Shown: one piece after another, positions 27,818-37,955 of the stretch
Layout of the letters: each line of letters starts with the position of its first letter
Numbering within the stretch: position 1 is the first letter of the stretch
NCBI GenBank assembly: GCA_044222475.1
Contig: JBGANF010000042.1
Span: 1-55,886, forward strand
From: Polyangiaceae bacterium
GTDB taxonomy: Bacteria > Myxococcota_A > Polyangia > Polyangiales > Polyangiaceae
DNA length: 55,886 nt
Reading direction: 5' to 3'
Made by a program: the position numbers and the translations under genes
The notes under the pieces: generated by a model
Databases searched by the model: none
Told to the model about the DNA's origin: nothing
The model's input: the letters and a program-made list of their open reading frames with translations, nothing else

Positions 27818-29083
27818 CGGCCGGAGAACCTCGACCCCGTTCATGTGCTTCACCAGCGCCTTCGGGAGCTTGATCGACCCGTCCGCTTGCTGGTGGTTCT
27901 CGAGCAGCGGGATCAAGATGCGCGGGCTCGCGATCGCCGTGTTGTTCAGGGTGTACGGGTAGCCCAGCGTGCCATCCGGCAACCGCACCCGGATGTTCGA
28001 CCGCCGCGCCTGGAAGTCCCCGAGCGTCGAGCACGAGTGCGTCTCGCTGTACGCTTTGCGGCTCGGCATCCACGACTCGACCTCGTGCTTGCGCGTCTGC
28101 CCGAGCCCGATCTCGCCGGTGCACGCGATGCACACGCGGTACGGGATCTCCAGCGCCGCCAGGATCGCCTCGGCGTTCGCGAGCAGCTGGTAGTGCTCCT
28201 TCTCCGCCACCGCCTCGTCCGGCGCGCAGAAGACGACCTGCTCGACCTTCGTGAACTGGTGCACGCGGTAGAGACCCTTGGTGTCCTTGCCGTGCGCGCC
28301 CGCCTCGCGGCGGAAACACTGCGACAAGCCGGCGTACCGGATCGGCAAGGCCGCCGCGTCGATCGTCTCGTCGCAGTGGAGGCTCACGAGCGGAACCTCG
28401 CTCGTCCCGACCAACCACAGGTCGTCGGCCGGGATCGAGTACGCCTCTTCCTTGCTCAGCGGGAAGAACCCGGTGCCCTGGAGGGCGCGTTCGCGCACGA
28501 TCACCGGCGGAATCACCAGCGTCATCCCGCGCTCGACGAGGAGATCGATCGTGAGCCGCGTGACCGCGAGCTCGAGCAGCGCCCCCATCCCGGTCAGCGC
28601 ATACGACCGGCCTCCCGCGAACTTCCGCGGGCCGTCCCAGTTCACCATCTTGTGTGCCGTCATGATGTCGGCGTGATCGCGCGGCTCGAAGTCGAACGTG
28701 CGCGGCGTACCGACCTTCCGGATCTCGACGTTGTCTTCCTCGCCCTTGCCGATGGGCACCTCGGGGCGCGGCACGCTCGGGATGCGGAGCATGAGCTCGT
28801 CGAACCGCTTGTTCGCCTCCACGAGCTGCGGCTCGAGGCGCTCGAGCGTCGTCTTGACGGCCTTGCCCTCCTCGATGAGCTTCGGTCGATCCTCTTTGCT
28901 CGCCTTGGGGATCGCGCCCGCGATCTCGTTCTTGCGCGCGCGCTGCTTCTCGATCTCGGTGATCGAGTCGCGACGGATGCGGTCGGCTTCGAGGAGCTCG
29001 TCGAGGCTGACGTCGCAGCGCTTGTTCGTGATCGCCGCTCGGACGAGGTCGGCATTTTGGCGGATGAAAGCGATGTCGAGCAT
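27806..29083 (-). CDS. serS: Serine--tRNA ligase
   Basis: MLDIAFIRQN; LVGTSEV; CFRREAG; GLYRVHQFTKVEQ; ETHSCS; FQARR; TLNNTAIASPR. Confidence 0.96.
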   Translation of the reverse strand: MLDIAFIRQNADLVRAAITNKRCDVSLDELLEADRIRRDSITEIEKQRARKNEIAGAIPKASKEDRPKLIEEGKAVKTTLERLEPQLVEANKRFDELMLRIPSVPRPEVPIGKGEEDNVEIRKVGTPRTFDFEPRDHADIMTAHKMVNWDGPRKFAGGRSYALTGMGALLELAVTRLTIDLLVERGMTLVIPPVIVRERALQGTGFFPLSKEEAYSIPADDLWLVGTSEVPLVSLHCDETIDAAALPIRYAGLSQCFRREAGAHGKDTKGLYRVHQFTKVEQVVFCAPDEAVAEKEHYQLLANAEAILAALEIPYRVCIACTGEIGLGQTRKHEVESWMPSRKAYSETHSCSTLGDFQARRSNIRVRLPDGTLGYPYTLNNTAIASPRILIPLLENHQQADGSIKLPKALVKHMNGVEVLRPLSP

Positions 29084-29164
29084 GACGGCGGCAGATATAG
29101 CCAAAAAACTCGGCCGGCGTGGGTGGAACTTCGGGCCGAATCGCGCTAGTTCTGGGAGGATCCC

Positions 29165-29407
29165 ATGAGCTCGAGCGGCAAATCGTGTGGGCCCCAAACC
29201 GTCGTCGTCAACACCGACGGACTTCGCCTGGCGAAATGCCCGTGTGGCACGTTTCACGTCACCTTGGTGGCGAGCGGGGTGACGGTGCAGCTCTCGGAAG
29301 AGCGGCTGGCAGAGCTGGGGCGCGCCATCGGCGTCGCCATCCCCCCGAAATCGGTCGACGTGTGTGATCCGTTGCCTGCACGTGCATCCACTAGGGGTAC
29401 CAACTGA
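29165..29407 (+). CDS. Small hypothetical protein with CxCGxxH motif
   Basis: RBS GGAGG; KCPCGTFHVTL...GVTVQL. Confidence 0.65.
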   Translation: MSSSGKSCGPQTVVVNTDGLRLAKCPCGTFHVTLVASGVTVQLSEERLAELGRAIGVAIPPKSVDVCDPLPARASTRGTN

Positions 29408-29415
29408 GGGAGTCG

Positions 29416-30591
29416 ATGAAGCGAATCTTACTTGCAGCGGCGGGGCTGGCTTCGCTCGCCGCGGCGTGTGCGGTGTCTCCTTCGAGCGGCGAATCGACCG
29501 CGAAGGGCTCTTCGCCGATCATCAACGGCAAGGACTCGCCCAACGGCATCCAGGACGCGGTCGTCCTCCTCACCATCACGGACGGCGCGTTCGGCGCCTG
29601 CACCGGCACGTTGCTCGCGCCCAACCTGGTCCTCACCGCGCGTCACTGCGTGTCGAAGACCGCGGACCAACCGTTCGCGTGTGACGTCACCGGCAAGCTC
29701 ATCGGCGGGGGCACGCAGGTCGGTGCCGATCATCCGCCGAGCACCATCGCCGTCCACGTCGGCAACCAGCGCCCGGCGTTCGGCACCGGTCCGGTCACCC
29801 CGGCCGCACGCGGAGCCAAGATCTTCCACAACGGCTCGAAGACGCTGTGCAACGCCGACATCGCGCTCGTCCTCCTCGACGCCAACGTCGAGGGCGGCAC
29901 CATCGCCCCGGTTCGCATCGACGCGCCGCCGGTCGTGAACGAGTCGTTCACCGCCGTCGGGTGGGGCGTCACCGTCCTCGACCCCTTCCCCGACGTACGG
30001 CAGCAGCGCGAGAACGTGCGCATCAAACGCGTCGGACCTTACGAGAGCGCGCTCGAGGCCGTCCCGCCGAACGAGTTCCTGATCGGCGAGGCCATCTGCT
30101 CCGGCGACAGCGGCGGACCTGCGATGGCCACCGCGTCCGGCGCCGTCCTCGGCGTCGTCAGCCGCGGCGGCAACGGGACGAGCAACCCGAACGACCCAGC
30201 GGCCGGCTGCATGGGCGGCACGAACTTCTACACCCGCGTCGACGGCTTCCGCGACATGATCCTCCAGGCATACGCGGAAGCGGGCCAGGACCCGTGGGTC
30301 GAAGGCGGACCGGATCCCCGCCTCGCGAAGCTCGGAGCGACGTGCAGCGCCGACGGCGACTGCCGGAGCAACATCTGCGTCACGTCCAAGGCCGTGTGCT
30401 CGCAAGACTGCAGCGCCGACCCGTGCCCCGCCGGGTACCAATGTGGTACCGACAACGGCCGCCAGGCGTGCATCCCGGTCCAGCCGAGCAGCGGCGGCTG
30501 CGCGACGAGCGGCAACACCGAATCGTCCGGCGTCGGCCTCGGGCTCGCGGCGCTCTTCGCGATCGCCGCGCTCCGCAAACGACGGGCCTAA
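29416..30591 (+). CDS. Trypsin-like S1 serine protease with Cys-rich tail and MYXO-CTERM-like sorting signal
   Basis: IING activation motif; LTARHC, DIAL, CSGDSGGP; ends GGC...TM...RKRRA. Confidence 0.92.
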   Translation: MKRILLAAAGLASLAAACAVSPSSGESTAKGSSPIINGKDSPNGIQDAVVLLTITDGAFGACTGTLLAPNLVLTARHCVSKTADQPFACDVTGKLIGGGTQVGADHPPSTIAVHVGNQRPAFGTGPVTPAARGAKIFHNGSKTLCNADIALVLLDANVEGGTIAPVRIDAPPVVNESFTAVGWGVTVLDPFPDVRQQRENVRIKRVGPYESALEAVPPNEFLIGEAICSGDSGGPAMATASGAVLGVVSRGGNGTSNPNDPAAGCMGGTNFYTRVDGFRDMILQAYAEAGQDPWVEGGPDPRLAKLGATCSADGDCRSNICVTSKAVCSQDCSADPCPAGYQCGTDNGRQACIPVQPSSGGCATSGNTESSGVGLGLAALFAIAALRKRRA

Positions 30592-31247
30592 GGCACCGTC
30601 TTCGACGGTCGCGCAGCGAGACACGCCGCGAGCTTCGCTGCGTTCGGCGAAGACGCGGGCAGCGACGCTTGGTTGCCAGCGAGCGCCTTGCCCTCGACGT
30701 TCGCCTCGGGGACGCCGCCGCCGAGACCGCCGAACCACTGGCGCGAGTCGTGGCTGTTGTACCGGTTGTCGCCCATGACCCACGCCTCGTGGGGTTTCAC
30801 CGTCCACGGCCCTTCGTGCGCAGAGACTCCCGTCGCGTCGAAGAAGACGAGGTACGACACGTCGCCGAGGAACTCGACCTCGAGGGTGCCGGAGTGATGC
30901 GTTCCGTCCATCTCGTCGTAGGTGAAGGGCCCGAGCGCGCAGCTCGGGACGGACCAACCGTTGATCGTGATCTTCCCACCTACGACCTCGACCGTCTCGC
31001 CCGGAAACGCGATCACGCGCTTGATGAACTCTTGGTTGGGATCTTCGGGGTAGCGGAACACCGCGACTTCACCGCGGGCCGGCGTCGATCGCTTGCTCAC
31101 GAAGAACGTCACGCCCACCGGGAACGTCGGCTCCATCGAGGCCGACGGGATGCGATACGGCGAGAAGAAGAAGACGCGAAGGACGACGGGGACGACGATG
31201 AAGATCGCGACGATCGCGCCGAGGGTGGGGAGTACCCACCGCCTCAC
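30588..31247 (-). CDS. lepB: Signal peptidase I
   Basis: IPSASMEPT (catalytic Ser), FIKRV (Lys), MGDNRYNSHDSR. Confidence 0.9.
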   Translation of the reverse strand: MRRWVLPTLGAIVAIFIVVPVVLRVFFFSPYRIPSASMEPTFPVGVTFFVSKRSTPARGEVAVFRYPEDPNQEFIKRVIAFPGETVEVVGGKITINGWSVPSCALGPFTYDEMDGTHHSGTLEVEFLGDVSYLVFFDATGVSAHEGPWTVKPHEAWVMGDNRYNSHDSRQWFGGLGGGVPEANVEGKALAGNQASLPASSPNAAKLAACLAARPSKTVP

Positions 31248-32299
31248 GGCGGCTGCGGGATCGTCGCGCCGGTATCGACGGCTTCGAAGTCGCTGCCGTG
31301 CATCTTGCCGAACGCCTGGATGACGCCGTCGATGACCGACGACCACCCATCGTTCGTGTCGCCTTGGATGTACCAAGACGATCCGTTGTCCGCGACGATG
31401 AGCCCGTACTTCTTCATCGCGGTGATGATCACCTGAGCCTCGGGCGATGCGCCCGCGACGGTGACCGAGCTCTTCAAGCGGAGACGCAGACCCATCGGCG
31501 GCAGGCTGTCCGTCGGATCACCGGCGCCGTGGGTCGCCGGGTGGATGTACCCGTGGAAGCTCGAGTTCACCGTCACGCGCAACGCGTGCTCGATCTTGCC
31601 GGCCTTCACCTCGTCGTAACGCACGAGCAGCGGAAGGATCGGCAGACCGGCCGCGTCGGCGCTCGTCCAGCCTTCGGGGCGGAGCGCGTTGGTGTTCATC
31701 TTGAAGATCGCGCCGTTCGCCGCCTTCCACGGCGCCGCGGTGAAGTTCTGCGTGTTGTAGATCTCGTAGAGGGTGCACGCCGAGGGCGCGCCTGCCGTGT
31801 CGAGGTAGAGCAGGTGGCGATCGGATCCCGTCGATGCGCCGGGACCACCTTCGATCTTCGCGGTGGTGGGGATCGGGTAGCAGAACTCGCCGCCGCCGCC
31901 GGAGCACGCCAGCTTGTCGCTCTCGGTGTTGCCCCATTTCACCGTCCACGAGAACGCGACCGGCGGCGCTCCGGTCCCGGTGTTGATCGGCATGCCGTAC
32001 TGCTCGGTGAACGTGCCCCAATCCGGATGAAGCGCGGTGCCGGCGCCGATGCTGGCGATGAACGTGGCGCTCTTCGCGTGAACCGCGACGCCGGAAATGT
32101 CCGAGTTCAGCGGATTGTCCGGCGGAAGGATGTCGCATCCGGCGAGGACCGGGCTCTTGCCGTTGGGCACGATCCCGCCGTCTTTTCCGGTGCTCGAATC
32201 GTTCCCGGAGTTTCCCCCGTCCGGCGTCGTCGACGAGGTGCCGTCCCCGCCGCAACCCACCACCACCGCGACCACCGCCAGCGCCAACGTGCTTCGCAT
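31244..32299 (-). CDS. Lipoprotein of unknown function
   Basis: Lipobox VVGC; WTSADAAGLP, IEHALR, MGLRLRLK, YGLIVADNG. Confidence 0.75.
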   Translation of the reverse strand: MRSTLALAVVAVVVGCGGDGTSSTTPDGGNSGNDSSTGKDGGIVPNGKSPVLAGCDILPPDNPLNSDISGVAVHAKSATFIASIGAGTALHPDWGTFTEQYGMPINTGTGAPPVAFSWTVKWGNTESDKLACSGGGGEFCYPIPTTAKIEGGPGASTGSDRHLLYLDTAGAPSACTLYEIYNTQNFTAAPWKAANGAIFKMNTNALRPEGWTSADAAGLPILPLLVRYDEVKAGKIEHALRVTVNSSFHGYIHPATHGAGDPTDSLPPMGLRLRLKSSVTVAGASPEAQVIITAMKKYGLIVADNGSSWYIQGDTNDGWSSVIDGVIQAFGKMHGSDFEAVDTGATIPQPP

Positions 32300-32349
32300 G
32301 GGTTCCTCCGCTCCTCCCGGATCGTACCATTTCGAGGTAGGGTGAGCGC

Positions 32350-34365
32350 ATGGAACGGCCGGCCACGCGCACGGGTGTCTTCGCATTTCTCGCGATGCTT
32401 TTGGCGATCGCCACCGCGACTGCATCGGGTTGCGGTGTTCGCTCACCGCTCGACGACGGGCCCCTCGATGGCAGCGTGAGCGGTGACGGCGGACCGTGCG
32501 GCACCGGAACGACGTCGTGCAACGGCACCTGCACCGTCACCGATTTCGATCCGTCGAACTGCGGCGGGTGCGGCATCAAGTGCGGAGTCGCCCAGTCGTG
32601 CGTGAAGGGGCTGTGCACGTCGTCCGAGTGCAACGGCGGCTCGACGAAGTGCGTCGACAAGTGCGTCGACCTCCAGAACGACCCTGCCAACTGCGGCAAG
32701 TGCGGCGCAGGGTGCCCGATCGGGCAAGTGTGCTCTGCCGGCAAGTGCGACATCTTCTGCAACGGCGGCACGACGAAGTGCGGCAACCTCTGCGTCGACT
32801 CCACGAGCGACCCGAAGAACTGCGGCTTCTGCGGGAACTCTTGCCCGACCGGCCTCGTGTGCTCGCAAGGCGGTTGCACGACCCAGTGCGGCGGCGGGAC
32901 GACCCAGTGCGGTCAAGCGTGCGTCGATCTCAAGGTCGATCCGTCGAACTGCGGCAAGTGCGGAAACGCCTGCCCCGGGGGCCAGGTGTGCTCCAGCGGG
33001 CAATGCGCGCTCACCTGCGCGCAGGGCCTCACCAAGTGCGGCAGCTTCTGCGTCGACACCCAGAACGACCAGAAGAACTGCGGCCAGTGCGGCTTCGTGT
33101 GCCAAGGCACCGACAAGTGCGTCGCCGGCGCGTGCACGCCGTGCAACAGCTCCACCACCGACTGCGATGGTGACGGTTGGCTCGCGAGCGAAGGCGACTG
33201 CTGCGACAAGCCGGGCGCATGCGGGTCCGAGCCGAAGCTGGTGAACCCTGGCGCGATCGAGGTCGTCGGCAACGGCATCGACGACAACTGCAACTCGCTC
33301 GTCGACCTCTTCGACAACGTCGACACGCAAGCGTGCGATCAAGGTCTCGCGTCGAACTCGACGACCCCCGGCGACTACGCGAAGGCGCTGGGCCTGTGTC
33401 GAACGACGACCGTGAACCCGCCGCTCAAGAAGGACAAGAGCTGGGGCCTCATCGACGCGCAGCTCGTTCGCGCCGACGGCACGCCGCTCGTCGATCGCAG
33501 CGGCCACTCCATCCGCACGAAGTACGGAACGAGCATCCTCCCGCTCCAAGGGCAGTCGATGATCGTGCTCTCCAACGGGATGGCGTCCGACGCGACGCAG
33601 CTCTTGCCCGGGCCGAACGGCGGCGCGCCCACCGGCAACAACGTCAGTCGGGCCTTCCAGCCGGCGAGCACCGTCAACATCAACACCTGCAACAACCCTC
33701 TCTGCATCAAGGACTGGCTCTCCACCGCGAACCCACCGCTCAAGGCCGCCGGTCAGCTCCCGGCCTCGCCGCAGTGCGGGCAGATCCAGAACCCGAACAA
33801 CGCGAACGACTCGGTGATGCTCGTCTTGACGATCCGCGCGCCGACGAACGCGCGCGCGTTCTCGTTCAACTCGTTCTTCTTCTCCGCCGAGTTCCCCGAG
33901 TTCGTGTGCCAGGCGTTCAACGACCAGTACGTCGCCCTCGTCGACACGCCCTCGGGCACGCCTTCGCCGATCGCGAACCCGATCGACAAGAACCTCATGA
34001 CGTTCATCCAGAACGGCCAGAAGTGGCCGGTCGCGATCAACATCGCCAAGGGCACCCCGGTGTTCTCCGTCTGCGACGCCGCGTCGAAGACTCAGCAGTG
34101 CCAAGGCGGTCAGGTCTCGACGAGCTCGTGCTCGCTGGGCGCGAACCAGCTCGCCGGCACCGGCTTCGAGAAGCCGACGAACGGCAACTGCATCATCGGC
34201 GGCGGCACGTACTGGCTCACGACGGCCGGGAACGTCGTCCCCGGCGAGGTCGTCCAGCTCCGCATCGCCATCTGGGACGTGACCGACTCGATCTTCGACT
34301 CGACCGCGCTGCTCGACGGCTTCCAGTGGCTCGCCAACGCGACGCTCCCAGGGACGTCGAATTGA
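32350..34365 (+). CDS. Cys-rich repeat secreted protein with choice-of-anchor-L-like C-terminal domain
   Basis: About five CVDxxxDPxNCGxCGxxC repeats; DCDGDGW..GDCCD..VNPGAIE..NGIDDNC; FFSAEFPEFV, FNDQY, IWDVTDSIFDS. Confidence 0.8.
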   Translation: MERPATRTGVFAFLAMLLAIATATASGCGVRSPLDDGPLDGSVSGDGGPCGTGTTSCNGTCTVTDFDPSNCGGCGIKCGVAQSCVKGLCTSSECNGGSTKCVDKCVDLQNDPANCGKCGAGCPIGQVCSAGKCDIFCNGGTTKCGNLCVDSTSDPKNCGFCGNSCPTGLVCSQGGCTTQCGGGTTQCGQACVDLKVDPSNCGKCGNACPGGQVCSSGQCALTCAQGLTKCGSFCVDTQNDQKNCGQCGFVCQGTDKCVAGACTPCNSSTTDCDGDGWLASEGDCCDKPGACGSEPKLVNPGAIEVVGNGIDDNCNSLVDLFDNVDTQACDQGLASNSTTPGDYAKALGLCRTTTVNPPLKKDKSWGLIDAQLVRADGTPLVDRSGHSIRTKYGTSILPLQGQSMIVLSNGMASDATQLLPGPNGGAPTGNNVSRAFQPASTVNINTCNNPLCIKDWLSTANPPLKAAGQLPASPQCGQIQNPNNANDSVMLVLTIRAPTNARAFSFNSFFFSAEFPEFVCQAFNDQYVALVDTPSGTPSPIANPIDKNLMTFIQNGQKWPVAINIAKGTPVFSVCDAASKTQQCQGGQVSTSSCSLGANQLAGTGFEKPTNGNCIIGGGTYWLTTAGNVVPGEVVQLRIAIWDVTDSIFDSTALLDGFQWLANATLPGTSN

Positions 34366-34916
34366 AGTCCAGCCGGCGGAGCTTCCTCAAGCGTGGCCTG
34401 TTCGGCGGCGCCTTGTTGCTCTTCGCCGGGGTCGGGCTCTCCGCGATCCCCGGCGCGCACGTCGCCGACCCGGTGGCGCCACTCGCCGTGCTCGATGATC
34501 GCGCGTTCCAGGTTCTCGTCGCGGTCGCGCGCCGGGTCGTCGTCGCGAAGGACGTCGACTACGTCGCGCTCGCGCATCGGATCGACGAGTCGCTCACCCA
34601 CGCCGTCCCCGAGGCTCGCGCCGACGTCGTGAAGCTGCTTCATCTGCTCGACAGCGCGCTCGCCGGGGTGCTCTTCGATCGTCGGGCGACGCCCTTCACC
34701 CGACTCTCTGCCGACGACCAAGACGCGGTGCTGCTCGAGTGGCGCGAGAGCTCGCTCGCGCTGCGTCGCAGCGGCTACCAGGCGCTGCGGAAGCTCTGCC
34801 TCGTCGCCCATTGGGGCGAGGAGGCTTCGTTCGCCGCCGTCGGCTATGCGCCCCCTGCGCCCGGCTCCTTTCGCCCGGTCGCCTACCCCGACTCGAAGTG
34901 GGGAGACGAAACGTGA
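34362..34916 (+). CDS. Tat-exported gluconate 2-dehydrogenase subunit 3-like partner of the GMC oxidoreductase
   Basis: TTG start; SRRSFLK twin-arginine motif; PFTRLS..DQDAVL..W; coupled to the GMC gene. Confidence 0.75.
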   Translation: MKSSRRSFLKRGLFGGALLLFAGVGLSAIPGAHVADPVAPLAVLDDRAFQVLVAVARRVVVAKDVDYVALAHRIDESLTHAVPEARADVVKLLHLLDSALAGVLFDRRATPFTRLSADDQDAVLLEWRESSLALRRSGYQALRKLCLVAHWGEEASFAAVGYAPPAPGSFRPVAYPDSKWGDET

Positions 34917-36478
34917 CCGCGCTCGCCGCCATCCGGATGAGCCCCCGCGTCATCGACGGCTCGGGGCTCGCGTCCGACGGCTCGTTCGATGCCGACGTGT
35001 GCATCGTCGGGAGCGGCGCGGGCGGCGCGGTGACGGCGGCGGTGCTCGCGGCCGCGGGGAAGAGCGTGATCCTCGTCGAAGAGGGCGGCTACTACACCAG
35101 CGACGAGTTCACGACGCGCGAGCGCGACATGATGCCGCGCCTCTACCAGGAGGGCGGCCAGCGAGTCACCGCCGACGCGGGGATCTCGATCCTCCAAGGT
35201 CGCGCCGTCGGTGGCACGACCGTCGTCAACTGGACGACGAGCTTTCGAACGCCCCAAGACGTGGTCGAGCATTGGGCGAAGAGGCACGCCGTCGGCGGGT
35301 TTGGCTACCAAGACCTCGTCCCACATTGGGATTGGATCGAGAAGCGACTCGGCATCGCCAAGGTGACGCCCGAGTCGATGAACCCGAACAACCGCGTCCT
35401 GTACGACGGGTGCAAGAAGCTCGGATGGGACGTCGACACGTTGAAGCGCAACGTCCACGGCTGCCAGCAGACGGGGATGTGCGGGCTGGGGTGCCCCGTC
35501 AACGCGAAGCGATCGATGCTCGTCACGATGGTCCCCGACGCCGTCGATCAGGGCGCACGAGTGCTCTTTCGCGCCCGCGCGATGCGCTTCGAGATGGACG
35601 GCTCGAGAGTCCGCTCGCTCGAGGGGGTGCTCCTCGACGCGAGCGGTCGCAACCCGACGGGGAAGACGTTCTCGGTGCGCGCGAAGCGGTTCATCGCGAG
35701 CGGCGGCGCGATCAACTCGCCGGCGCTCTTGTTGCGCTCCGGGATCGAGGACGAGGGCCGCGTCGGGCGGCGCACCTTCCTTCACCCGGTCGTCGGAAGC
35801 GCGGGGATCTACGGCGAAGAGATCAAGCCGTCGATGGGCGCTCCGCAGAGCGCTGCGAGCCACGAGTTCGCCCACCGCGGCGACGACATCGGCTACTTCA
35901 TCGAGGCCGTGCCCTGGTACCCGGCGCTCGCATCGGCCGTGCTCCCTGGCTTCGGCGCGGAGCACGCGCACGGCATGACGCTCGCCGCGCACAGCGCGCT
36001 CCACGTCGCGATCACGATCGACGGCTTCCACGACGACATCGTGGGAGGCACGGTGCGGTTGCGACCGTCGGGGTTGCCCGTGCTCGACTACCCGATCACG
36101 GACCGCCAGTGGGACACGTTCCGCCACGCGCAGAAGAAGCTCGCCGAGATGCAGCTCGCCAGCGGAGCCACGACGGTGCTGACGCTCCACGACCCGCCGA
36201 CCGCGATCGCGTCGATGCGCGACCTGCGGCGCATCGACGCCGCTCGCTACGAGGTGGGGTCGGTACCGATCTTCTCGGCCCACCAGATGGGCGGCTGCAC
36301 CATGGGGGACGACGCTGCGACGTCGGTCGTGCGATCCCAAGACCTGCGGCACCACCGCATCGAGAACCTCCACGTCGTCGACGGGTCGGTGTTTCCGACG
36401 AGCCTCGGGGTCAACCCACAGGAGAGCATCTACGGTCTCGCGCGGTTGATGGCGACGCGCATCGCAGCGCTGGGTTGA
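34913..36478 (+). CDS. GMC family oxidoreductase (long-chain alcohol oxidase-like)
   Basis: IVGSGAGG, VGGTTVVN, C..GMCGLGCP, GAINSPALLLRSG, SAHQMGGC, VVDGSVFPTSLGVNPQ. Confidence 0.92.
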   Translation: MTALAAIRMSPRVIDGSGLASDGSFDADVCIVGSGAGGAVTAAVLAAAGKSVILVEEGGYYTSDEFTTRERDMMPRLYQEGGQRVTADAGISILQGRAVGGTTVVNWTTSFRTPQDVVEHWAKRHAVGGFGYQDLVPHWDWIEKRLGIAKVTPESMNPNNRVLYDGCKKLGWDVDTLKRNVHGCQQTGMCGLGCPVNAKRSMLVTMVPDAVDQGARVLFRARAMRFEMDGSRVRSLEGVLLDASGRNPTGKTFSVRAKRFIASGGAINSPALLLRSGIEDEGRVGRRTFLHPVVGSAGIYGEEIKPSMGAPQSAASHEFAHRGDDIGYFIEAVPWYPALASAVLPGFGAEHAHGMTLAAHSALHVAITIDGFHDDIVGGTVRLRPSGLPVLDYPITDRQWDTFRHAQKKLAEMQLASGATTVLTLHDPPTAIASMRDLRRIDAARYEVGSVPIFSAHQMGGCTMGDDAATSVVRSQDLRHHRIENLHVVDGSVFPTSLGVNPQESIYGLARLMATRIAALG

Positions 36479-36481
36479 GAT

Positions 36482-36511
36482 GGCTGCCCCGGACTTCAGT
36501 CCGGGGCGGCC
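36482..36511. terminator. GC-rich hairpin between convergent genes (terminator or REP)
   Basis: GGCTGCCCCGGAC-TTCA-GTCCGGGGCGGCC, 13-bp stem with one G-T pair; no U-tract. Confidence 0.55.
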
Positions 36512-36513
36512 CG

Positions 36514-36909
36514 TCAGCGCAGCGAGTACGTCGTCGCCCGCTTCTCGCCCTTCTTCGCGAGGACCTTCGAGTCGAGGCCCAGCTTCAGCACCGCGGGCAG
36601 CTCCTTGCGGTCGACGCCGAGCGTCTTCTGGATTTGCTCGGCGCGGAGCGACCCGTGCTTCAGCGCAGCCGCGATCTTGTCGAGCAGGGCTTGGAGCTCG
36701 GCCGGGCTGCGGCGCGGAAGGCGACCGCCCTTCGCCTTGCGCGCGACTTTCGGCGCGCCGCTCGTCGACGCGGCTGACGAGCGCGGTGCGCTGCGTCTCG
36801 CTCCCGCGAGCGCTTGAACGAGGTCGTCGAGGTTCGTTCCCTTCAGCTCGGCGAGGACGTCCTTGGCGAACTGCTCTGCGAGGGCGGCGATGCGGCGTTC
36901 GATCGACAT
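36514..36909 (-). CDS. Small basic putative DNA-binding protein
   Basis: Lys/Arg-rich linker, RRSPAEL, wHTH-like LRAEQIQKTLG...KKGEKRATTY. Confidence 0.7.
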   Translation of the reverse strand: MSIERRIAALAEQFAKDVLAELKGTNLDDLVQALAGARRSAPRSSAASTSGAPKVARKAKGGRLPRRSPAELQALLDKIAAALKHGSLRAEQIQKTLGVDRKELPAVLKLGLDSKVLAKKGEKRATTYSLR

Positions 36910-36934
36910 GGCCGCCCACTGTATCATCGGATCG

Positions 36935-37915
36935 GTGCGTGACGTCGAGTCTGCATGCGAAGGTTCGGTCTTGGGGCTCGCCATCGGCGACGCGCTCGGG
37001 TTCCCCGCCGAGTTTCGGCGGCGAAATCAGATCGTCGCGGCGTTCGGCGGCGAGATACGCGATTTCGTCGCTCTGCACGATCCGCGCTGGCCGCCGCGCC
37101 CGGCGATCATGGGCCGGGCCCACCCACCGGGGACGTACAGCGACGACACCCAGATGACCATCGCGCTCGCCGAGGGACTCCTCGAGACCCTCGACGACGA
37201 CGACCTCGACGTGCGGATGAACGCGATCGGGCGCAGGTTCGTCGCGTGGAGCTCGGCCGACGACAACGATCGCGCTCCCGGCAACGCCTGCATGACCGGC
37301 TGCCACGCGTTCGCGCGCGGCGCTCCGTGGCGCACGTCGGGAGTGGCCGACTCGAAGGGATGCGGCAGCGCGATGCGCGTCGCGCCGATCGGGCTGATGT
37401 ACGCCGCCGACCGCTCGAAGCTCCTCGAGCTCGCGCGCGGCCAGTCGCTGCTCACGCACCGGCACGATGCCGGGATCGAAGGGGCGGCGGCTGCTGCGCT
37501 CCTCGTCGGGCTCGCCGTGCAACGTCGGACCCCTCGAGAGATGTTCGACGAAGTGATGGCGGAGTGCGCGCCCCGGTCGCCCGACTTCGCCGCGTGCCTC
37601 GCGAAGGTGCCGGCGCTGCTCGACGCTGCGCCGGAGCTCGCGCTGTCGGCCGGCGGGCTCGGAGAAGCGTGGGTCGCGGAGGAAGCGGTCGCGTCGGCTC
37701 TATGGTGCTTCTGGCGATCGCCCGACGACTTCGCGCGCGTCGTGACCACCGCCGCAACGACCGACGGCGACTCCGACAGCATCGCTTGCATCGCGGGCAG
37801 CATCGCGGGTGCGTACCTCGGCGTCGACGCGATCCCCGAGCGCTGGCGCGCGAGCGTCGAGAACGCGGCGGGGCTCACGGACCTCGCGCGACGGATCGCG
37901 GCGCGGGCCGTCTGA
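36935..37915 (+). CDS. ADP-ribosylglycohydrolase family protein
   Basis: GLAIGDALG, YSDDTQM, GCGSAMRVAP, GDSDS. Confidence 0.92.
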   Translation: MRDVESACEGSVLGLAIGDALGFPAEFRRRNQIVAAFGGEIRDFVALHDPRWPPRPAIMGRAHPPGTYSDDTQMTIALAEGLLETLDDDDLDVRMNAIGRRFVAWSSADDNDRAPGNACMTGCHAFARGAPWRTSGVADSKGCGSAMRVAPIGLMYAADRSKLLELARGQSLLTHRHDAGIEGAAAAALLVGLAVQRRTPREMFDEVMAECAPRSPDFAACLAKVPALLDAAPELALSAGGLGEAWVAEEAVASALWCFWRSPDDFARVVTTAATTDGDSDSIACIAGSIAGAYLGVDAIPERWRASVENAAGLTDLARRIAARAV

Positions 37916-37955
37916 GGCTGCAACGGACGGCGCGGGCGGCGCATCCAAGAAGTCG

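Noticed and set aside
32500..33140. Cys-rich repeats as multiheme cytochrome or ferredoxin motifs
   Set aside because: No CxxCH; the pattern is the disulfide-rich repeat common in myxobacterial secreted proteins
33177..34916. 579-aa ORF
   Set aside because: Only 34362-34916 is coding (Tat-signal protein); the rest is an off-frame overlap with the Cys-rich gene
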